Assembly: GCA_008632985.1 (NCBI GenBank)
Contig: QPGO01000091.1
Coordinates: 186,001-250,000 of the forward strand
DNA length: 64,000 nt
DNA from: Psammoneis japonica
Taxonomy: Eukaryota
Reading direction: 5' to 3'
Under the pieces are notes generated by a model. The model was given only the letters and a program-made list of their open reading frames with translations, was not told the DNA's origin and made no database searches. The position numbers and the translations under genes were made by a program. Below, piece by piece: positions 46,860 to 59,927 of the stretch; within the stretch, counting starts at the first letter, position 1; every line of letters begins with the position of its first letter.

Positions 46860-47230
46860 CATAGCTCCCTTCTAGCTCATTGTCATCCAGAAAGCTGTCG
46901 CTCGCCCTCCGTATATGGTGCAACAGCTTTCTAGCGCGGTTTCATGGCACGTCTACAATGTCACAGCAGCATCGGTGATCCATGCACTGTCGGTCTTCAG
47001 CCACCAAGTAAGTATAACCTCCATTATGCCACCTTCGCACGTCTTCCGTGGGTATCGTAACCCCAACTCAGATATACTGTAAGAGGTGGCAAGGCAGCCA
47101 GTACAGAATGCATAGCTAGTGAATCAGCGGCTGAATAGCAAAGAGACGGTACCACCCACACGCACTGTAAGAATCAAGTGATCGTTCGTTTGCTTGTCTC
47201 AAACAATTTCGTGGAAGCACCAATGACAAC
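46860..47230 (-). pseudogene. Old degenerate copy of the 3' end of the TTI2-like gene
   Basis: Patchy colinear similarity to about 54075-54530, e.g. aatcaagtgatcgttcgtttgcttgtctc vs aaccaagtgatcgtcagtatccctgtctc. Confidence 0.6.
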
Positions 47231-47465
47231 TGATATACATATTTCATATTTTAAAGTAGTCTCATAGTCTCGCTCCCTCTGTGGGCTCTGGATGCAAAAG
47301 ATGTAAAAGAAAACTTCGCAAGGTCTCGCAAACTGGCATTGACTATGCAGAATGCGATCTTCTTCAGGCACACTCCATCAACAAGTCTAGGGGGTGCTAC
47401 CATCAAATCCGCTCTTGATATGAAGCCTAAAACATGCATGTGCAGCCGCACTCCCAACAAGTGCT

Positions 47466-50400
47466 CTAGTCAGACTGACACAAATCCTCAGCGTCACCTA
47501 CAGTCTCTCCGGCATTACTTTCTCCACTTGCATAGATTTGTCCGTCCTCGCTGATGATGGAATACGACACCACCCCCTGCTCGTCATCTTGCAGCTCGTA
47601 AAAGGAAACAAAAGCCTTGCACACCATTGCGTCCTCCGGAATACAAATTTTGTTCTGCAGGAGTGACAAAGGAATCAACAAGTTATTTCCCATGCCGCCT
47701 GTCTTTGTGATTCTTTCGCCTCCTGCTGTCTTGTACTCAATAGTCCAAAGTGTGCCTGGGTTGCTTGTTCCTTGGAAGCGCATCTGGCTTGAAATGACCA
47801 TTTCTTTTTCATCTTGACGACACTTTGGCCCCACAAGGCTAAAGACCTGCGGAACAAAGGCTGGTGAGGTAATGGCAATCGTGGTACCATCGCCCGAAAC
47901 GGAGAAACCCTCAATATCCCCACTATCTTGTCCAATTTCTTTCTGCTCTTTCCAGTCAGTCCACATGGCAAACACAATCAGCTTCTTCAAGGAGTGAAAC
48001 ACGAGAAGCGACCCATCATTGGAAAAGCGAATGTCTTTTATTTCGTCCTCCAGTTGGAATTCTCGCAGTAGACTCGCCGGCCCGTCTTCTTCTGTATCGA
48101 TCGAAAATAGCTGAAAAGTGCCCGTGGCTCCAGCCGAGCAAAGAATGTGAATGGTCGCATTCGGACGCTTGTCCCAATCAGCCCCGGAGTCGATAGTGTC
48201 ATCTACAAGGGCGAGGGCTTGGATCCCTGCGCAAGAATCAATGACAAACTCATAAGAGGTGCCCCTGCCACTGGGCGGTAAGAAGTCCAACGTGTTTGAC
48301 GACGTTGCCCAAACAGCATATTGGAATCCAACATCAGCGTCCACTCGTGCGAACACTTGCTGTCCGGTGATGGATCCTGTCCAGTTACCGACAGTACTAC
48401 GAGGTTGTGAGCATCCATATGGATCTGGACACGGTCCACCTGCAGAAGACTGAAACATTTGACCATCTGGAAGCAAAAGTGTGTTTGAGAAATTGGAAGC
48501 AAACCAAGACGCGGTGTTGACTTCTTGCAATGGTGTCACAAATGTGTACGTTGATTGACTAAGGCAGTGGAGGCAACCAGGGACACCTGTTTGGAATTGT
48601 CTGTTGCTTGATGATGGCACGTTCAAGGAAGTCCATGCTCTATCTTGCCATTTTGAGACACCGAATCCGTAGAGTGTAAGGTGCTGAGAGCAATTGACAT
48701 TTTGGCATTCAGCGCAGCACCTCACAGTATCCGCAAGGAAGACACTCACTTCGACAGGAATTTCCGCTACCTCGTTTCTACTCTCTACCACTTCAGTACT
48801 CTGTGGGTTCTCGACGAGGTCGACTGCTCCACGAAGCGTAGCAAACGGGTAAAAGGCAAAGCCCATGTCGACTCGTTCGGGTTCGAGAGCTTCGCCACGT
48901 TGAACGTACCGAGAGCCTTTTTTGTCGAAGACTCGAATTCGTCTGCCGGGATAGTTTTGCCTATAAAGAATGTGTTCAACCGTCACCGCGATTCGACCGT
49001 TTCTTGACAGGATTACCTCCTCAAAGTCGCTGGCGTCTCGTTCAACAGTACGAAAGAAGCCCTCTCCAGTAGGGAATTTCCAGCAGTCTCCATCCAGGCA
49101 TGCAGGTAGCCAACAGCCCCTCCCAGTGCATCCTTCTCGAGCAACAGTAGTGTCTATGCAGTTCGGGTATCCAATAGGGACTTCAATGGTCTTTGGCTTG
49201 GCGGTCACAACTGGCCTAACACCGCATTTGAAATCGGCCGAAACGCATGTGGACGCGCAGCAATCGCCACCGTCATATCGAAACGCAGGACTGTTGAACT
49301 GTTTATTGCAAAATCCGTCTGACAACGGTGTGATCTGGCAGAGATCACCATCGGCACCTCCAACGCACTTGCAAACGCCGTCATCACAAATGCCATCATT
49401 TAGACACTTGTTTTCCTCATTGCAGGCCGTACAGATCAACCTCGCCGAAGAAGCTGGAACATCGTCAAACCTAACATCACCAAGGGCAGCAGGCTCTTCG
49501 AGCACGAGCCATTCGAGTCCTGCCGGCGTCGCCGAAGCATCCACCGATCCCACTCGAACCGCTTCGGAGAGCAACTCGACTGAAACAATAGAAGTAATGG
49601 CGTGAAAGTCTCCCCGGTTCAAAAACATCGATAGAGAGAGCTCGTCTTCATATTCTTCTTCGCCTTCGAACCCAGTGAGTGAATCCACCACCGCCCAGCG
49701 AAGTCCAGTGTGGATGAGGACGTCAAATCCTCGGCCATAGAATTGAGGTCCAATGTATACTGGATGATCATAGACAAGAACAACGTCGTCAATGGAGTCC
49801 AGGGAGCTGTTGCTCGCTTGTAAAGCTTTTTCTGTGAGAAGAGGCTTGTACGTCCTTGCGAGTTCGCGTCTTGCAGGGAAGGTATCGAATCGCTCGTCAA
49901 GTTTCAACCTAGGGCAAATGTCCTCCAGACTATATTGGCATCTCAGACCGAAGATACCGGTACCTTTTCCGCATTCGCAAGTGTTTTCGCTGCCGCATTT
50001 GCCGAAAACACAGGCAGAGGCATCGTCGCTGCCGTCGTCGCAGAGCGGGGCCAGAGAGAAACCTTCGGCGATATGGATGCTGTCGCCAGTGGCAACATAC
50101 CACTGAATGTTGACTGCCTGCTCAAAGTCATAAGGAGCCGCCTCTGCAGAGAACATAAGCATGTCTTCGCACGGCGTTTTTCCTGAGAATAGAGACCAGC
50201 GGCGTTTCTTGTCGCAATATCCAAACTTGACCTTTGGTTATCGCTGGCAAGTTCTACCGACCTTTTTTCAGTCTCCGTCCAGCGAAAGAGGTCTCGTGAG
50301 AAACTTTGCCCGTATTTGTGAACACATATCCACCACTGAAGGCTGCTAGCCCTGGGGCGACTTCATCATCAAACTGTACCAGCATCTTCTTGACGACATA

Positions 50401-51302
50401 CTCTCCGTCTTGCTGATCACTGACCAGCACTGACCAGTTGATGATGAGAATCAGAAATGTCACGGCGAGAATAAGGGGCTTGTACCACGTCGGCAAAAGT
50501 TGCTTGGAGTCCTTCTTATTTGCCTCTTCGATTTCTTCGGTTTCGTTTTGGATTACTTCGCCTAAGAAGCCCTTCGTTCCAAGGGGATCGTATGCATTGT
50601 TATCAAGTTCAGAGACGAACTCAACAGCTGCAAAGTTGAGGAACGTGTCCTATGGTAGGGATGTCATTAGCCGGGGATTAGTATATACTGGTAGTGATGG
50701 GGTTAGATGCGCACGTCTCTGTAGATAATGAGGACTTACCAAGACAGTCGTGGACTGGATGATCAAGTACCAGGCCGAAGTCAATCCCAAGGCTCCCTCC
50801 GTCAAAGATATGAAGATAGCCCAAAAGAATCGAATCTTCTGTCCTTTGGAGGCGTGTACGAAATTATCTTTGATCTGAAACGCCAGCTGAATAGATAACA
50901 AGATATCGTCCTGCTTGAAGGAAATAATCAAGAAGGCAGCAAACTGTGCCATCAACACAACCCCATCGACTGCTACCGCGGGGTCGTCACCTGAAATATT
51001 TCCAAGGAACGACGCAAAGATAAAGATTTTCAGTGCCGTAATGAATAGAGCGAGAGAAAAGGGAGCCAATGGACCAACCCTCCTTGGATGCGGTGCTGAT
51101 GTAGAAGCTAGCTGTCTGTTCTTCCAACACTGGCTTCCACGGTGTCTCGTTCTGGTCAGCTTGTTCGCCACGCGGTGACGGTGGCGATAGCGGTGGTGTC
51201 CCATCGTTCTCGTCGCCTTGTTCGGCCCTGCTGTGGCGGTGGCGTCGCATCTTTTCGCTGCTCGGCTTGTTCGGCCTGCGGTGGCGTCTCCACGTCTCCC
51301 AT
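47466..51302 (-). pseudogene. Paralogue of the 44765 TM+EGF gene with long extracellular extension; 5' half frameshifted
   Basis: Shared motifs (LNFAAVEFVSELD, VQFDDE...FSG.Y, GYC...R.W, YDHPVY, PAGLEW), EGF and YDGGDCC modules in the 898-aa ORF; intron at about 50651-50739; frame breaks near 51210, 51070 and 50245. Confidence 0.7.
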
Positions 51303-51669
51303 GCTGACCAGCTGATTCAGCAATATGGGATAACTGAATTGATACTAGGATCTCGGGCGACGAAGCCTGTTGCGCAGAGAGGTTGATGAATCACGTTGTC
51401 CACAGTTTTTTTTTTGTGTGGATCTTTATTTCGTGCAAGAATTTGTGCAGTTGGGACTTCACCTCTCAAATTTTCATTGCGCTCTTCGTGTGATAGTTAA
51501 GCACCCGCTACTGTATTAGCTATTGCCTCAATCTTGTTCAAGACAAAAATGAAATTTTAAATGACTATGTTCTACGCTAGGTTCAACGTAATGAATGATT
51601 TAATGTTTCGAGCTTGAACAGAACCTTTTCGTGTGAGTTTTGAATCTACCAATTAGGACTCTGCCTTTC

Positions 51670-53495
51670 AGAAGTGTCATGTGATTGAATCATTGAATAC
51701 ATTTTTGTTCGTCGCAGGCTTCAACGTGATGCACGCCCCTGCAAATAATGCATCGATCGTGAAAAGAAATTCTTCGACAAAGAAAATTGCCGCACGGCAA
51801 AAATGATGTTTCGATCGTGAACAGAAACTTGAAGTTCGGTGCTTTTGCTTCCACGCCACGTGATGTCTGACGAAAGCAATGATGTTTCTCAGCTTCTTTG
51901 TTGCCATTTTGCTGCTCCAGCATCTGACCAAACAAAGCCTTGATTTGAGACAAAAACAGCCACAACTGAGTGTTTCTCTTTGCACATCCCTGACATTTTG
52001 CGGACATCCAAAACACCATGGCTTTCAGCGACCATGATAGCCAACTTTTTTCAACCTCATGGAAAATTGGAGAGCATGACGAGGACCATTTCAGACAGTC
52101 TGTGTTGTCAATGGTGACAATGAAAATGCTTGTCACACAGGCTGCAGCAGCACAAGAAGAGAAGTCTGCAAGTGACAACAACTGGGTTTCCACTTCACAC
52201 TCACAGAGCCTGCGCCTCCAAAGACGAGCTCTTTTCCATCGCTGTGCATGTTTCCTCTGTGGCATTGACCGGCACAAGTGTTTTGGTCATTGTCATTGAC
52301 AAAACAGCAAAAAAGGTCTCTGTGGACACAAAACAGGCCAAAGAAGAAAAAACAGCTGGCGCGACATGACGAGCGAGGCTTGCAGCAAAAACAGCAGCAG
52401 CAGTCAAACACTTGTGCTGACACCACATTTTCTTTTAAAAACAGAGTGCAGCACCCAGCTTGGAGATTGGACACAGCACAAACTGCAGCAAATCCTTGAG
52501 CCAAAAGTTCAGCAGCCAGGAAAGCAAGTTGACCTTCCCTCTTTGCTTCCCCGCACTGAAAACAAACAAGTGGCTTTCTTTCAATTTGTTGCTCTGCCAC
52601 CTGCCATGCAAGAGATGTTGACAAGATGTGTGCATGTGCTCCTGTGGTGGGCTGCCATTGTTGCAACATGAAGAAGGGCACATTGAATGGCGCAAATTGC
52701 CAACAAACTTTCCCTTGCATCAAAACAAGTGGGGGGATCATGTGGGCGAGTGCCTGATGATTTGAGCCTGTCAGCTGTTTTTGTGCAACAACATGCACAT
52801 CAGAAGCAAGCTGATGGCAAATGAGGAGAGAGAGTTTGATCTGATCATTTTTTTTTTTATTTTTGACCTTAATCAGATGTTTTTCCTTCAAACCTTCTGT
52901 GCAAAATGCAGCAGCTGCAAGGTTGGCTTTGCAAGCACTGCCACGGGACAGAGCTGTGCAAACAAACATGTGTTTGTGGCACAAAGGTCATTGTGAGAGC
53001 CAGTGCCAGCATTCATTGTCCTGCCCCCAGCTTGTCATGATGATGCAAGAATGCTTCATTTCCAAGTGAATTTGTGGTGGAATTTGTGCATGGACGAGTG
53101 CCAGTTGCTTGTGGATGAGACCAAGGAATCGCAGCCACCTGTGACAGGCCTGTTTAAATGCAAAAATGAAGAGGAATGCAGTGTGATGCCATTTCTTGCA
53201 GATGCTGGATTGTCACAACTGCCTTTCTAATCACCCTTGTGGACATTGCGAATGACAACCAATGATGTTGTGGATTGTCTGGATTTGCTTTGGATGACAG
53301 CAACTCCATTTTCAAAACAAGTGTCCCCCACCTAAATGCCGGAATGCCATCAAATGCATTTGCTCCAGAATGTTTGGGTTGGTGCATTGAAATGAATGCC
53401 TTGTCAATTGGTCAGCGTTGGGCACATCCTTGTTGTGCTGTCTGTGATGCAGAAGGAAATGGTTGTTTCAACAAGAATGAAGAGCTGGCAAACGG
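51670..53495. other. TpA/CpG-depleted island; right part is a hypermutated copy of the EGF-gene 3' region
   Basis: About 52995-53540 aligns with 46095-46690 (tcatttccaagtgaatttg, ttgcttgtggatgaga, gatgcagaaggaaa); TA nearly absent up to about 53495. Confidence 0.88.
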
Positions 53496-53569
53496 GCTTT
53501 ACAATCGCACAGATGGATTTGACGGCGCTCCATTATAGCTTAATCTCAAGATTCGGAGTTGCATCAAAC

Positions 53570-54000
53570 CATATGATGGACCCATTTACGTGCATAGAAA
53601 TGAAGAAGAATGGCGTATGGCATATGATCCTTCCTCTAAAAATGCCAAAGTGACAACGGATGGCGTTGCAGGGTACATGGATTCATTTCACGGATATTTC
53701 TCGGAAGACTACAGCTCGGCTTCCTTGAGCAGGAATGCCGTCAGTTGCGTTCACTCCGAAAGACTTGGGTTTTGGGCTTAAAAACAAATGCCTTTGCTCA
53801 AGTTTCTAACCACTGCCGTGGATGTTGTTCCTTGGACCCGTGGCATTTCTCGGTGCTGTCTCAGACAGCAGAAGAAATAAAATGTACAGAAATAGAGCCT
53901 TGGAAAAAGGTCTTTGACCGGACGGATTTGATGGTGATCTATCTAAATTGACCTCAACGACATCGAGACGAACGATTCCGATGGCTCTAGGCTTGTGTAT
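53570..54000 (+). pseudogene. Second degenerate copy of the EGF-gene 3' end, not TA-depleted
   Basis: tttacgtgcatagaaatgaagaagaatgg and tttcacggatatttctcggaagactaca match 46253-46420. Confidence 0.8.
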
Positions 54001-54029
54001 TGGTGGTTCGTTCCTTTTGAGGATCAGAG

Positions 54030-55925
54030 ATGCTGATGTCCTGATTCCTCGGCTGCAATCGAATAGGTGGTTTTCATAGTTCCTTCTTGTTCAACGTGAT
54101 CCAGAACTGCCACTGCTCGCTCTCCACATAACCACAGCCATGGCAGCGCAGTGTTGTGACATATCTACAATTGCTTTGCACAACAAAGCTTCGGCATCGT
54201 CATCGGTTTGTTCCATATGCTGACTGGCTTCGGCCGTGCTAGCCAACAAGGCCGACATGATTTTGCCTCCATGCTGAGGCATCATGGGGTAAGCGCCCAT
54301 AAGGAGATTGGCTAAAGCAATCAACGACGCAAGCTGCACGCGTCTTCCATCGACATTATAATCCCAACTCAAAGAGGCAGCAAGCTAGTCAACCCCACAC
54401 GACCCATTTCTAGCGAATCAGCCTTCAGTTCCATGGCATGCTGGAAAAGCAGCGGAACGATACCACCGACAAGCAATGCAACAACCAAGTGATCGTCAGT
54501 ATCCCTGTCTCTGAAACTATTCGTTGCAAAATTTGAAGAAGCTGGGCGGTGGCTTGACGGCGTTCCTTTTGTCGAGACGAGACTTTACCAAAGAAGATGC
54601 TACGAGACATGCAAATCAAGCGAGCGCAGGTCCTTCTCGACAGCCACGACAGGCGAGTTCCAACACGGAAACAATACCGTCACCGAATTCAGACAGTGCG
54701 CCACTAGTAGCTTGGTCGAAAAGATGAATTAGTGCGCTTGCTCCCATTGCTTTGTGGGTGCTGCTCGAGGAATCCAACAAAGCATAACAAACCGGAAGAA
54801 CATCTTCCAAGACGGTAGCAGTGACATGTGGCGATGACAAGAGCGCAATGAAATTGATCGCCACATGAATCCGTGACGGTACCTCCTCGAATGGCATTTC
54901 CGTTTTGGTGTGAGCATTCTTGGTCCCTAACGGAAAGTTCTGCGGTGGTTTGGAAATTGCCAACGATTCCTCCGTGATCTCCTCGGGAAACTTGTCTCGT
55001 CCAAAGAAATGAGCTCGAATGGACCTTGCCATAACTTCTATACCCAGTTCACGGCAAACGCGTCCCTGAAGAGAATCAAAATCATCTGCTGTTTTGATAA
55101 AGCACTTGCCCAGTGCATTCCAGCAACCAAGTGCTGCTCGAGTTGAATTCCGGAAACTGGGTCGTCCCACCCTGTACCGTCCAATTGAATACTATCCCAG
55201 TAATCGTCTTGAAAGAGATTCACATTGCATTGAAAATTTGCCGGTGGGTAGGCACAGTTCTCTATGAAACTGACGGCATTTCCTGGGAGATCCTTGGTCA
55301 CATTCTGTGGAGTCAGTCGAGGTGTGCCGAAGGCGAGAAGTGTAGTTGCAACCATGGAGAGAAATTCTGGATCCTCATTGTCTCCGTCGAGTAACCAAGT
55401 GCATGATATAGGATCCTCAGCATTGTAGGAAGTGTAAAATTACGTAGCATATCTATAGCTTCTTTCTCGAGCTCTTTGTCTTTCGTGTTGCTGCCGTCAA
55501 CATTGTAACGTCGGTTGTAATGCGTGCACGGATTTCTTAAATTCTGCAGGAACTTTTGTTTTGCTTAGACCCATCGTTTCCTTCATAATTTCGCACAAGA
55601 GCAGTTCATAATGCTTCAAAACCTCATTTCCACAAGCAGTCAAACGATAATCCAAGACATTGCCGCGCACCGTTGTCACGTAACCCTCCACGAGACGTTG
55701 TAAGGTATCTTGTGGTGAATCTAGCTCAAGCAGTCGTTCCACAAGATGTGTTACAAAGGGCGGTAAGCTCATTGGCTGACCCAGAAGCTCATCAAAATAT
55801 GGTGGATCCACCATCACCGCTGTTTCATGGTGTATAGGTTGCTTGTAATGTTCAACCAGCGTCACCAGCGCCGATTCAACTTTGTGCTGAGTCGACGATG
55901 ATTCCTTGATTTGTTCGATCGGCAT
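54030..55925 (-). pseudogene. TTI2 (TELO2-interacting protein 2)-like helical-repeat gene with several frameshifts
   Basis: VLEDVLPVCYALLDSSSSTHKAMGASALIHL resembles the Tti2-domain core; coding split across at least 5 ORFs in different frames. Confidence 0.55.
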
Positions 55926-56353
55926 GTTTTCTATATTTCAAATCACATGGACAGAAAGAGTTTCGAAACGTGTGGCAAGAGCAACAAGCAACAAGTGATT
56001 GAGTCGTCTCGCCCCGTTGCTCTAAGCAGGAAAATAGGGGGGGTACAGACGGAAGAAGAGGGGGGGGAGAGGGGGAGCGAAGCGACCCCGTTGCTGTTGT
56101 AACAGCAAGAGAGAAGGAAGCAAGAGAGACAACGAAGGCAGCAAGCAAAGAAGTGAAAGCAGCAAGTTGGGGGGCGTCTTTGGAAGTGAGATCGTCGAAG
56201 GCGGTCTGATCGCCAGTGCGTTTGGGGGGTTTTCCAGTACAATTTGTACGCACAAGAAAACACGTAGGATCTGTCCAGAGGTCCCAAATACCCAATCGCA
56301 CTGATTGACAGACTGTTTTAGTACAAATTCTACGTAACTTTCTTCGACAGTCT

Positions 56354-59300
56354 CACTTCCGAAGACGTCCCCCAAAGTGATGCGTTGTTGCGTTTTTCGG
56401 GTCTTTGAATGTGAAGCACATGAGCCAATGTTGCATAAAAAAGCTTGGGTTGATTTTATTTAGGCGCCACCGCCCCCCATTTCTCGTCTTCCATCTTGGT
56501 CCCAACTAAAGACGAAACAAAGGCTAGAACCATAACACTAACAATGAATTTACATTTACAGGCTACTTTGATGAACAATGTTCATCATGTGGTGCTCGCC
56601 CTCGAGCAGCAACCCCCAGCAAGTTTGTTTTGGAAAGATGGAAATCCCTTGCACGGTGGCAACAGAATTTTTGAGCAAGATCCGACTGAAGATTTGGCGG
56701 CACCTGCAGTGGTGGCCAAAAAGTTGGTAAACTTGCCCAAAATGGATTTACAGGAATTGGAACACAATGTGGTGCACAATGTGGTGCAGTGGGGACGAGT
56801 GGCGTCTGTCTCGTGAGATCCTTTTCTTGAGAATCTGCTGACTTGGATTTTTTTGCGCTCGGCCCGTCAGGCAGCATCGGCGGTGGCTGCTGTGTCTCGT
56901 GGTTCATCTTGCATGGGTTTGCCACAGTTGACATAGGATTGAACCGAGCTGAACATGGGTTTCTTGTCCACACTTGTTGCACATGCATCGGTCAGGGTCA
57001 CTTGCCACTGCTGCGCCGGTTGCAGCTCTTCTTGTTTCCAGCTGCACTCTCACCCTTTCCAATTGTTCCGGGTGCACTGAAAAATGTCGCTCGCCATTAT
57101 CTTCTTTTAATTCTTCAACATTCTTGTGCACCGGATGAGGGACTCCTGCTTTCTCCGCCAGCATGTTGACGCATTGGAGCTTGCTGTGGTTGAGGAAAGT
57201 GGGAACGCCGCAAAAGGCGTGCGGAATCTTGGCACGCTCCTCAGCCGTCATTTTGTCAATTCGGAGACGCTCTCGTGTTGATGTGTTGCATTCACACGTT
57301 CCCGCAAGGCACAATGCATCCATTGGTGAGCTTCTTGAACCGGTGTTTCCGAAATGCTTGACGATGTGGTGGCATTTTTCAAGCTTCGATTCCGTGCCAG
57401 TGGTTGTCACACAACAAGTGTCGAGCTTGCACTTGGACCATTTTGAAGGCTTGACAACTCTGTACAAGTCTTCACATGGCAGCGGCTCATCAAGTCCACG
57501 AGCTGACAGTGTTGCATTTACAACCGCCGACTTCGCATCTTCGGCAAAAAGCGGCTTCCCAGAATCTGGGTCGCACCGCCCGCCCGCCTCTGCCGCTCGG
57601 GAGACGCAGAGCACTTGTGCCGATCGAACCAAGATTCAAGATTGTTGTCACGTGTTTCCAGAGGGTAAGTCCACCTTCGAATGTGCTTTTTGCAATTGTT
57701 CCACTTCTCACTGTTCTTGATGTCTTCAATTTCTTCCTTTGAGTTTTTCTTCCTGCCAAGTTTTCCGAAGATAAGAGCATCAATCACCCTCGCCTCGTCG
57801 GATTCATCGTTGTACCGCACGCAATCCTTTGACTCACGAACCGCACGACAACAGTCAATGTGAGGCCTCTCAATGTCCGAATGATCCGGTTGGTCCAGTG
57901 CCAAAGACCAAGCCTGCATGCAACATCCTGACCAAAAATTTGCTTCCAAAATTCTTCCTCATTTGGCCACGTGTCCAAGCGATGAACTTGAGGGTTGACA
58001 TTCGGATGCCTCGCAAACTGTTCCACAGCATGAGCATGGTCTTTTGTTTCCAAAGTTGGCACTGCTGCAGCTGTGCCAATTTCTCCTGTCTCTGTGGCCA
58101 TGGTGAAGAGTCCCTTTCCGTTGCCATCTTCACAATTCTTCAATTGGTCAAAAGCATGGTCGGAGGCAACACTGATGCGACAACCCACCAATTGAATTTC
58201 TCGTGCATGCCGAATGTTGTCGCTTGTGCCAGTCTCTGTAAGATTGGATTGCCTGACAGAATCATCATGTCTCTCACATTTTGTCCTGTGGGTCCATGCA
58301 ACCAATCCAATCCTCAAACACCGACAGTGCAGTCACATTGTCTCCGACTGCTTCTTTCAACAAAGAACAGTGCATCTCCTCTTTGTCAAGAAAAGTTTCA
58401 CCTCTTTGTTGATGAAGAAAAGTAGAAATCATCGCCGTTGCTGTGCTTTTTCATCGCATGGTCAATGCATCGCGACGTTGGAAGCGTTGGATGAAACAAT
58501 GGATTTGCGGCCGCATGTCGCAGGTCAACGGGACAGCTTGTTTGGAGAGGCCTCGGCAGCTGCTCAATAGCCTTGCATCATTCCCCTTGCATCTGCAACC
58601 ACACTTGTTGCACTCATGCATCATTGATGTTGCCCAATCAGCAGGTCCTGTGACGCAAAAAATTGGAGTTGGCGGATACTCCTTCTTGACATCAAACTGC
58701 TGGTGCATCATCTCACCATTGCATTCCTCGTCAATGCACTCCAAATGTGTGCTGAGGCGGTTCAATTCCCAGCGGACGATGTGAACTGCACCCCTTCAAT
58801 CTCACTGTAGAGGTTGTCAGGAGTTTTTGTTGTGTCATCACGTGGCACTGTAAATGACATGGGCACCAGGAGGGAAATGCTTCTGATGCCATTGGAGCTT
58901 CTTGGCATTGACATCACCACCCATGATCTCATTCGAGTCGGCATGAAACCGAGACAGGCACAAGTCCAGAAGACACAATGTCAAGGCCTGCACAGGTGCA
59001 GGACAAGAAATTTTCTTCTTTTTGCATGTGTCAACTCTTTTGCGAATCTCTCTCTTTGGCACTTCTCGAGAAAGAGGGTCTTCTTCAACATCAGTGGAGG
59101 AACCCATGGTGCTGTTTGATGTGACGGTGCTGACGGCATTGGTGGCAGCAGTGTTGGGCAAGTGGGTTGCTGCAGATGGCTTGTTGTTTTTTGAAGCCCT
59201 GGTGCCATTGTAGAACAGTGCCTCCATGCCTTCCTCAGTTGGGGCCTGACAACTCTGCATTTTTTGGCATTCTTTCTTGCATGCTGGCAGCGAAGCGGTG

Positions 59301-59927
59301 GACAGCCGCGTTTTGCTCGGTGCTCATGTTCTTTCCACAGATGGATTTTGGGCAGCTCGCATCATGACCCTTTTTGCAGGAAGGCCCTTGTTTGCACCTC
59401 TTGCACTCAACAACCTTTTCTTGAGTGGCGTGACTTTTTGGCAGAGTCAGAATTTGTGATTCTGCCTCCGCCGCTGGTGATGTTGTAAACCGAGGCGCAT
59501 TTTTTCCCGACAACTTAGCGATTCCAGAAAAAGCTCGCTCCTTTGCTTTTTTTGTGGCAGGCTTTGAGCCTGAGACTGAATGCCCATGGTGCTGGGAAGC
59601 TTGCGAGAATGGTGCTTCTCCATTCTGCTGCAATTCCTTCTCTCAGAACTCTCTTGTGCAGGTCGGCACTGATGATGAGTGAGATGAAAAAAGACCGGAG
59701 GAGTTTGAATTTTTTGTGGGGTGTCTTTGTCCGAGCGCCACCGCTCAGATTGCGGCGCGTCCGTCTAAGATGGATCAATCAACACGGCTGTGTCTGTGTG
59801 ACAGTGATCGTCAAACAATGATGATGTGCATTCTTTCAGAAAGCGTCAAGTGTCATGACGTGCATTCTTGAAATGAAGTGTTCTGATTGGTCCAATCTTC
59901 CATCGGCAGGGGGCTTTCAACGAAGTG
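56354..59927 (-). mobile_element. Degenerate DNA-transposon-like element with TpA-mutated DDE-type transposase-like frame
   Basis: Colinear fragments: CxxC zinc-binding region, SDHAF, ATETGEI, DTWP, RLGLWHW..RI, ESKLE..H; Tyr largely replaced by Cys/His; weak terminal inverted similarity tcacttc...ccccc / ggggg...gaagtga. Confidence 0.55.

Noticed and set aside
29880..51520. TACAGTA/TACTGTA transposon excision footprints near island edges
   Set aside because: About a dozen occurrences in 64 kb, many far from islands, which is close to chance expectation.
31696..55925. Alternative genetic code (stop reassignment) explaining in-frame stops
   Set aside because: Intact genes end normally in TAA, TAG and TGA, and the disrupted genes also contain frameshifts.
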